A stretch of 61,898 nt of DNA, filler included, from Deltaproteobacteria bacterium (lineage in GTDB: Bacteria; JACQOV01): NCBI GenBank assembly GCA_016202395.1. It is 5 parts of 5 records of this genome, joined end to end, with 100 filler letters (N's around TTAATTAATTAA, not from the genome) between each part and the next. Parts side by side here need not be neighbours in the genome. Positions count along the whole stretch, not along the records: positions 52,985 to 61,898 come from JACQOV010000091.1; 4 more parts are not named here. One strand, 5' to 3'. Shown here piece by piece: positions 56,961 to 61,898 of the stretch. Made by a program: the position numbers and the translations under genes. The notes beneath the pieces are model-generated. The model ran no database searches. It was given only the letters and a program-made list of their open reading frames with translations, and had not been told where the DNA came from. Every line of letters begins with the position of its first letter. The first letter of the stretch is position 1.

Positions 56961-58172
56961 ATGGGTAGTCGTTTTTGGGGTAACAGTCTGTTTTTTCTCT
57001 GTCTGTCTGCGATAGCTGGGACCGCATACGCTGAGGATAGCCCCATTCAATACTTTCATTCCGATCACCTCGGCTCTGCGAGCCTTGTTACCAATCGAAA
57101 CGCCCGCGTCGTGGAATCCATTGCTTACACCCCTTTTGGCGAAATCTTAACCCCTCACCCCTTCGACTCTGCTCAGGGCATGCCTTCTCCCTCTCCCCAG
57201 AGGGGAGAGGAAAGAGGTGAGGGGGCGACTCCTTACCTTTTCACCGGCCAAGAGGTCGACCGCGAATCCGATCTCTACAACTACGGCGCCCGTTTCTACG
57301 ACCCTGCTCTCGCTCGATTTACCAGCGTCGATCCTATCCTTTCGGAGCCGCCTTACGCCTACGTTTGGAATAACCCAATCGGTCTGACCGACCCTACAGG
57401 ACGAGCCAGCGAAGGCTCTGTTCAGGCCTTGATGCGACAGATACCTTTCCTCGCAAGGCAGGCGAAAGCGGGTGTAGAGGGAGCTCAAGAACAGCTCGAA
57501 GCGGCAAGGGAAGAACTTACAAACAGGATTAACCACCCCCCTCGTGAAATGAGGAACACATCACCTGGTGAATCAATAATTCCTCCAAACGACCCATTTT
57601 CAAGCCTCGCACCCAGAGAGAGAGCAATAATGGAACGGCAAAGAGAGATGCTTAACGAGTATCGGAGAGAGTTCGGGAGAGAGCTTCGGGTAGGTGATCT
57701 CACAGCCCACATGCAGGAAGCAAGCTCGAGCGAGGATCCGGACCTTGTTCCCTGGCTTTTTGAGGTGCGGTTTATCGTGTACTATTTTGGGGATCTGCAC
57801 GGTTTGCGAAATCACGGAGGGATTATTGATGAATTCAACATCGTAGAACTCGATGACGGGCCGATGGTGTTTCCGGCAATACCGGGGGCCTCGGCGCCAA
57901 CGATTATGGGCGGGAACATCTCTACTTTCGGTGTTCGCTATCTGATTTACCAAACCCTAGCAGTAGTGAATCTGCCATGGGATATCGGACGCGAAACCCT
58001 TTCCACTTCGTACACCCCGACTTATACCTTTCCTGGCAGCCTCCCTCCCGTTAACGGTGAGATGTTAATCAAGTTCCTGCGAGACTACATCAATCGGCTC
58101 AACTCACCCGCGCCAACCTCCTCTACCGCGCAGGGGGCTCCTCCCCCCTTACCTGTGTATGCACTGCCTTAA
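56961..58172 (+). CDS. Signal-peptide mini-Rhs protein 2
   Basis: Leader ending AYA; YFHSDHLGS, YTPFGE, FTGQEVDRESDLYNYGARFYDP...RFTSVDP, YAYVWNNPIGLTDPTG. Confidence 0.9.
   Translation: MGSRFWGNSLFFLCLSAIAGTAYAEDSPIQYFHSDHLGSASLVTNRNARVVESIAYTPFGEILTPHPFDSAQGMPSPSPQRGEERGEGATPYLFTGQEVDRESDLYNYGARFYDPALARFTSVDPILSEPPYAYVWNNPIGLTDPTGRASEGSVQALMRQIPFLARQAKAGVEGAQEQLEAAREELTNRINHPPREMRNTSPGESIIPPNDPFSSLAPRERAIMERQREMLNEYRREFGRELRVGDLTAHMQEASSSEDPDLVPWLFEVRFIVYYFGDLHGLRNHGGIIDEFNIVELDDGPMVFPAIPGASAPTIMGGNISTFGVRYLIYQTLAVVNLPWDIGRETLSTSYTPTYTFPGSLPPVNGEMLIKFLRDYINRLNSPAPTSSTAQGAPPPLPVYALP
57151..57225. repeat. Nested REP-like palindrome in frame inside the Rhs core
   Basis: CCCCTCACC...GGTGAGGGG enclosing CCTTCGACTCTGCTCAGGG and CCTCTCCCC-AGA-GGGGAGAGG; about 25 codons. 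Confidence 0.82.
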
Positions 58173-58192
58173 CCGCTAAGCTATCCAGATTT

Positions 58193-58216
58193 GGTGTTCA
58201 ACGCGCCCTGGATGCC
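58193..58216 (+). repeat. 24-bp direct repeat, copy 2 (displaced trmB tail)
   Basis: Identical to 54132-54155; continues as GVQRALDA-VYNAA versus GVQRALDA-IYQAA in trmB. Confidence 0.9.
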
Positions 58217-58236
58217 GTTTACAACGCGGCATTCCC

Positions 58237-58731
58237 CTATTCGCCAGTCGGTTGAACGAAAGTGCTGGGGCCTCTTCCTCCAAAGAAATACCGGATTCCG
58301 ATGGCTCCGTTAAAGTCGAATTGGGCGTCGGGAATGAAATCAAAAACAGGGGCCAATTCCACAAAGAGATCCACGGGGGCCTCTTCCAAAAGATATTCTA
58401 ACCCCACCGGAGCGCGAAGACCCAGCGAATCCTCATCCCCGATGGTAGTGCGAAACCCCGCTCCATAATAGATGGGGAGTTTTCCCGAAGAGAGCTGAAA
58501 CCACGAGCGATGGATCAAAAAATCGGAATGGACGTACCACAAGTCATCCCGCTCTCCAAACGTCCAACTGGTTGCGGCATCAACCGCCATCGAATCATTG
58601 AGCCAATATTTTCCGCTAATGCCGGTAATCTCCCCTCCAAAGATCCCTATCCCCATCTTTTCCTGCCACGCTTGGGCAGAACAAACGAAACTGAGCAGAA
58701 CAAACATAAAAATAAGCCATTGTCTCTTCAT
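58237..58731 (-). CDS. Small outer-membrane beta-barrel-like protein (DUF3996-like)
   Basis: Signal peptide; G.G...G..TG.S.KYW, Y.G.G, LG.R.P.G..Y, D.F.E.AP, GIRY.F. Confidence 0.72.
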   Translation of the reverse strand: MKRQWLIFMFVLLSFVCSAQAWQEKMGIGIFGGEITGISGKYWLNDSMAVDAATSWTFGERDDLWYVHSDFLIHRSWFQLSSGKLPIYYGAGFRTTIGDEDSLGLRAPVGLEYLLEEAPVDLFVELAPVFDFIPDAQFDFNGAIGIRYFFGGRGPSTFVQPTGE

Positions 58732-58749
58732 GGTTTGCCTCCTTTTAGA

Positions 58750-59181
58750 TCAACCCTTTGCAAAAGGGATGTGAGAAAGAACAATAAAGGTGCCGGTGCC
58801 GTGGCCGATGAGGCGCCCGTTGCCATCGTAGAGATGCATCTCGGCAATGTCGAGTCGTTTTCCTTTCTTGATCAGCTTCCCCACCGAGCGCAGAGAGGTT
58901 TTTTGCGCAGGCTCTAGAAAACGGATCGAAAGCTCGGAGGTAGCGACCCAACAGCCGGTCTCCTGAGCCGCAGCCGATGTGAACCAACCGGCGTTATCGA
59001 TCATCGTTGCGTAAACGCCGCCGTGAATCCCATCCAAGGCATGATCGAAGTTGGGGTTGTAGGGCATATCGAACACCGCGTTCCCCTCCTCCGTATAGGA
59101 AAGTGTCATCCCAAAGGTCTTGGCAATTCGGGCGCTATGGTTAAAAACATCCATCAATTGTTTCTGAAGTTCTGTGGCCAT
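58750..59181 (-). CDS. PaaI-family thioesterase
   Basis: IHGGVYATMIDNAG, T.EL.IRFL.P. Confidence 0.9.
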   Translation of the reverse strand: MATELQKQLMDVFNHSARIAKTFGMTLSYTEEGNAVFDMPYNPNFDHALDGIHGGVYATMIDNAGWFTSAAAQETGCWVATSELSIRFLEPAQKTSLRSVGKLIKKGKRLDIAEMHLYDGNGRLIGHGTGTFIVLSHIPFAKG

Positions 59182-59261
59182 AGAGTTTCGTTACCTGGAT
59201 ATAGCACTTTTAACAGGCCTCTTGCAACCCGGATTGTTTTCGATTATCACTATCAGAACTT

Positions 59262-60461
59262 ATGCGAATAGCCGATCGTATCTGGATTTCGGCGATTTTC
59301 TTTTTAAGCCTTCAATGGACTTTCTTAAAATTCGGCGGGATCGCTCTGCCTGCTCCATGGAACGCCCTAGCTCCAGGATTGGCGATTTTTGGAGCAGCGT
59401 TTATCCTTTCTTGGGCGGCAGAATTGGCCCAATTTGAGATTCCTCAATCGTTAGCCGTGGTTTTTCTGGCTTTAATCGCGGTATTGCCCGAATATGCCGT
59501 CGACATGTACTTCGCGTGGGAGGCAGGGAAAGATCCGCAGTATATCCATTATGCCACAGCGAATATGACAGGGGCCAATCGGCTTCTCATCGGTGTGGGT
59601 TGGGCCGCTGTGGTTTTTGCCTATTTCTTCAGAACCAAAAAAGGGGAGGTGGCCCTTTCTCAAGCCAACCGTTCCGAACTCTTTGTTCTGACCGTTGCCA
59701 CGGCCTATTCCTTCATCATCCCGATGAAGGGGACCCTTTCTTGGATCGACTCCATCGTGCTCCTGCTCCTCTTTTCTTGGTACGTCTCCCAAGCCATCCG
59801 ATCTCATCACGAGGAACCTGAGGTGGAAGGGCCGATTGCGGGGATTGCAAAGTGGCCTCGCGCCTCTCGACTGGGCATCACCCTCTTTTTCTTCCTTTTC
59901 TCAGGTTACACCATTTTTATCTCCGCAGAACCGTTCGCCGAGGGGATCTTAGAAGCGGGCCGCCATTGGGGGATTGAGGAATTTATTCTGGTGCAGTGGC
60001 TCGCTCCCCTTGCCTCCGAATCCCCTGAGTTTATTGTTGCGATCATCTTTGCGCTGAGAGCCCAAGCGGCATTGAGCCTCTCTACGCTGATCTCTTCTAA
60101 AGTAAACCAATGGACATTGTTGATTGGAATGCTCCCCTTGGTCTATAACCTCTCACTCGGCAAGATCGCTCCCATGGTTCTAGACACACGGCAAGCCGAA
60201 GAGATCTTTCTAACCTCCGCGCAATCGTTGTTTGCCATCGTGGTGGTGGCTAATCTTCGTTTCTCGATTACCGAAGCGCTTCTCCTTTTTGTTCTTTTTA
60301 GCACGCAAGTCTTCTTCACGTCGACAGAGGCGCGCACCGTTTATGCCTTTGTGTATTTAGCGCTTGCCATCGGTTGGGTGTTTATCGTCAAGGATAATCT
60401 GAAAGGGCTAAGATCGATGTTCCAAGCGGCCGGCCGCCCTGCAAGAAAACCGTCATCCTGA
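59262..60461 (+). CDS. Sodium:calcium (cation) antiporter family protein
   Basis: Alpha repeats AVLPEYAVD...ANMTGANR and APLASE.PE...SSKVNQWT. Confidence 0.88.
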   Translation: MRIADRIWISAIFFLSLQWTFLKFGGIALPAPWNALAPGLAIFGAAFILSWAAELAQFEIPQSLAVVFLALIAVLPEYAVDMYFAWEAGKDPQYIHYATANMTGANRLLIGVGWAAVVFAYFFRTKKGEVALSQANRSELFVLTVATAYSFIIPMKGTLSWIDSIVLLLLFSWYVSQAIRSHHEEPEVEGPIAGIAKWPRASRLGITLFFFLFSGYTIFISAEPFAEGILEAGRHWGIEEFILVQWLAPLASESPEFIVAIIFALRAQAALSLSTLISSKVNQWTLLIGMLPLVYNLSLGKIAPMVLDTRQAEEIFLTSAQSLFAIVVVANLRFSITEALLLFVLFSTQVFFTSTEARTVYAFVYLALAIGWVFIVKDNLKGLRSMFQAAGRPARKPSS

Positions 60462-60498
60462 GCCAAAAGCAAAGAATCCCGTGACTACGGATAGACCT

Positions 60499-60879
60499 TC
60501 ATTGGACCCCCATCATTTGTCGAGAAGCGTAAAAACCTAAATAGACAACGACCAAACACAAAATGTTATTCAACAAAATATTCAACACCGCATCTCCGAC
60601 CTGGCCAATTCTTATCAGTTCCAGTGTTTCCAAAGAGTAATTCGAAAAAGTGGTGAATGCTCCTATAAAACCGACGAATACGGTTAGTTTGAGTTGTGTG
60701 GGAAGAGGGAAACGATCAAAAAAGGGCCATAACAAACCCATTAGGAAAGAACCGAACACATTGACAACCAGCGTTCCCCATGGGAAAAAGCCGCTCACGT
60801 AGCGTTGCGCCACATCAAAAACCTTATATCGAGTAACGGCCCCCATCGCGCCCCCCACTGCAATCCAGAATAAGGTCAC
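60499..60879 (-). CDS. crcB: Fluoride efflux channel Fluc
   Basis: GGA.GA..RY, FPWGTL.VN..GSF..G, GFIGAFTTFS; GTG start after GGGAGGGG. Confidence 0.93.
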   Translation of the reverse strand: MTLFWIAVGGAMGAVTRYKVFDVAQRYVSGFFPWGTLVVNVFGSFLMGLLWPFFDRFPLPTQLKLTVFVGFIGAFTTFSNYSLETLELIRIGQVGDAVLNILLNNILCLVVVYLGFYASRQMMGVQ

Positions 60880-61004
60880 CGTCCCCTCCCACTCATGTTC
60901 TGTTCTTTCTCCGGTAAGGGAACAGCATGGACACTTGACGCCGATATTGCTCGTTAGGCAACAACTCCATGGTTGACCCATTTTGGATCGGAGCGGGTCT
61001 TGTG

Positions 61005-61898
61005 TCAAGCATAACCGTGCTGTTTGAACCATTTCCAGGCCGATGTGGCGGCTTCTCGAACGGGACGAGGAGAATAGCCAAGCTCTTTACGAGCCCGCTC
61101 ACTCGAAAAGTAATGAGGGACGTAAGCAAAGGCGATAGCGGCGGAGTTGATTTCAGGTTCTTTGTGGGTCACTTTCCCCCAAAGATCGCCCATTCGACCA
61201 ATCCCTCCAAGAACCCAATGGGGCGTGATGCCCAGAGGCTTTCGAGCCCCCGTGATTTCAGCAAACAAAGTGAAGGCTTCAAAATAGGTAAGGTTCTCCC
61301 CTCCAAGGATATAGCAACAACCGATTCTCCCCCTTTCGGCCGCGGCAAGGATTCCCCAAGCGACATCGCGGACATCCACGATGTTGTTCCCCTCTGGAGG
61401 GGCGAGCCATGCACGTCCTTTAGCCACATGGAGAAGAGCTCGTCCCGACGAGGGCCTCCAATCCCACGGCCCCAGCATCAGAGCAGGATTGACTATGACA
61501 GCGTTCAAACCTTTTGCAACCTCTTCTTGGAGGACCTGTTCTGCCTCTCGTTTCGTGATGACATAGGGGGTTAAAACGTTGCGATCATCGGGGGGGCATT
61601 CCTCATCGGCTGGATTCTCTTGGGTGCGAATCCCCAAAGCATCGACGCTCGAAACATGAACCATTCGGACGCCGTTTTCTCGCGCGGCTTGAGCCACATG
61701 ACGAGTCCCTCCCACATTGATCGCCCGAAACTCATCGAGCTGCGTCCAGCCAATCTCTACCTTGGCCGCGGAGTGAACGACAAGATTCACCCCTTGAATC
61801 GCTTTTCGAATCGAATCGGCATCTCGAACATCGCCATAAAACTTTTCCACTTGGAGATTTTCAAGAGGTCTAGAATCCGAACTTTTACGTACGAGTAC
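61005..61898 (-). CDS. NAD-dependent epimerase/dehydratase (dihydroflavonol reductase/HpnA-like), 5' end outside window
   Basis: GDVRD, V.HSAA, NV.GT, HVSS, Y..TK, VNP....GP.D, VDVRDVA; frame open to 61898. Confidence 0.9.
   Translation of the reverse strand, partial: VLVRKSSDSRPLENLQVEKFYGDVRDADSIRKAIQGVNLVVHSAAKVEIGWTQLDEFRAINVGGTRHVAQAARENGVRMVHVSSVDALGIRTQENPADEECPPDDRNVLTPYVITKREAEQVLQEEVAKGLNAVIVNPALMLGPWDWRPSSGRALLHVAKGRAWLAPPEGNNIVDVRDVAWGILAAAERGRIGCCYILGGENLTYFEAFTLFAEITGARKPLGITPHWVLGGIGRMGDLWGKVTHKEPEINSAAIAFAYVPHYFSSERARKELGYSPRPVREAATSAWKWFKQHGYA

Overview
The window is five unlinked contigs (1-4515, 4616-27468, 27569-31259, 31360-52884, 52985-61898) joined by artificial N44-TTAATTAATTAA-N44 spacers. 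It looks like a draft or metagenome-assembled genome of a deltaproteobacterium-type organism; this is inferred from a MYXO-CTERM-like sorting tail, a sigma-54 promoter with a c-di-GMP-I riboswitch, and gene content. Most of it is housekeeping: thiC, ftsEX-envC-ctpA, rnr, nadB, pgsA, coaE, trpBA, yajQ, the rrf2-sufBCDSUT operon, trmB, crcB, two tRNAs, and a tetraheme cytochrome c/Fe-S/NrfD-type module. Four accessory themes overlay this. (1) Two paralogous mini-Rhs genes place a signal peptide directly on the Rhs core, with no YD barrel and no immunity gene, and each carries a different REP-like palindrome in frame in the same loop. (2) Small toxin-antitoxin/ATPase/Rhs islands with no integrase are bracketed by direct repeats of the 3' ends of neighbouring genes, and several TA partner genes are broken. 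(3) Several MITE/REP-like families are present; one supplies most of a lipoprotein signal peptide and another flanks a GIY-YIG nuclease. (4) A sigma-54 promoter and c-di-GMP riboswitch precede an M6 protease. I saw no CRISPR array, rRNA, integrase or transposase. All family calls come from motif recognition by eye; no database searches were run.
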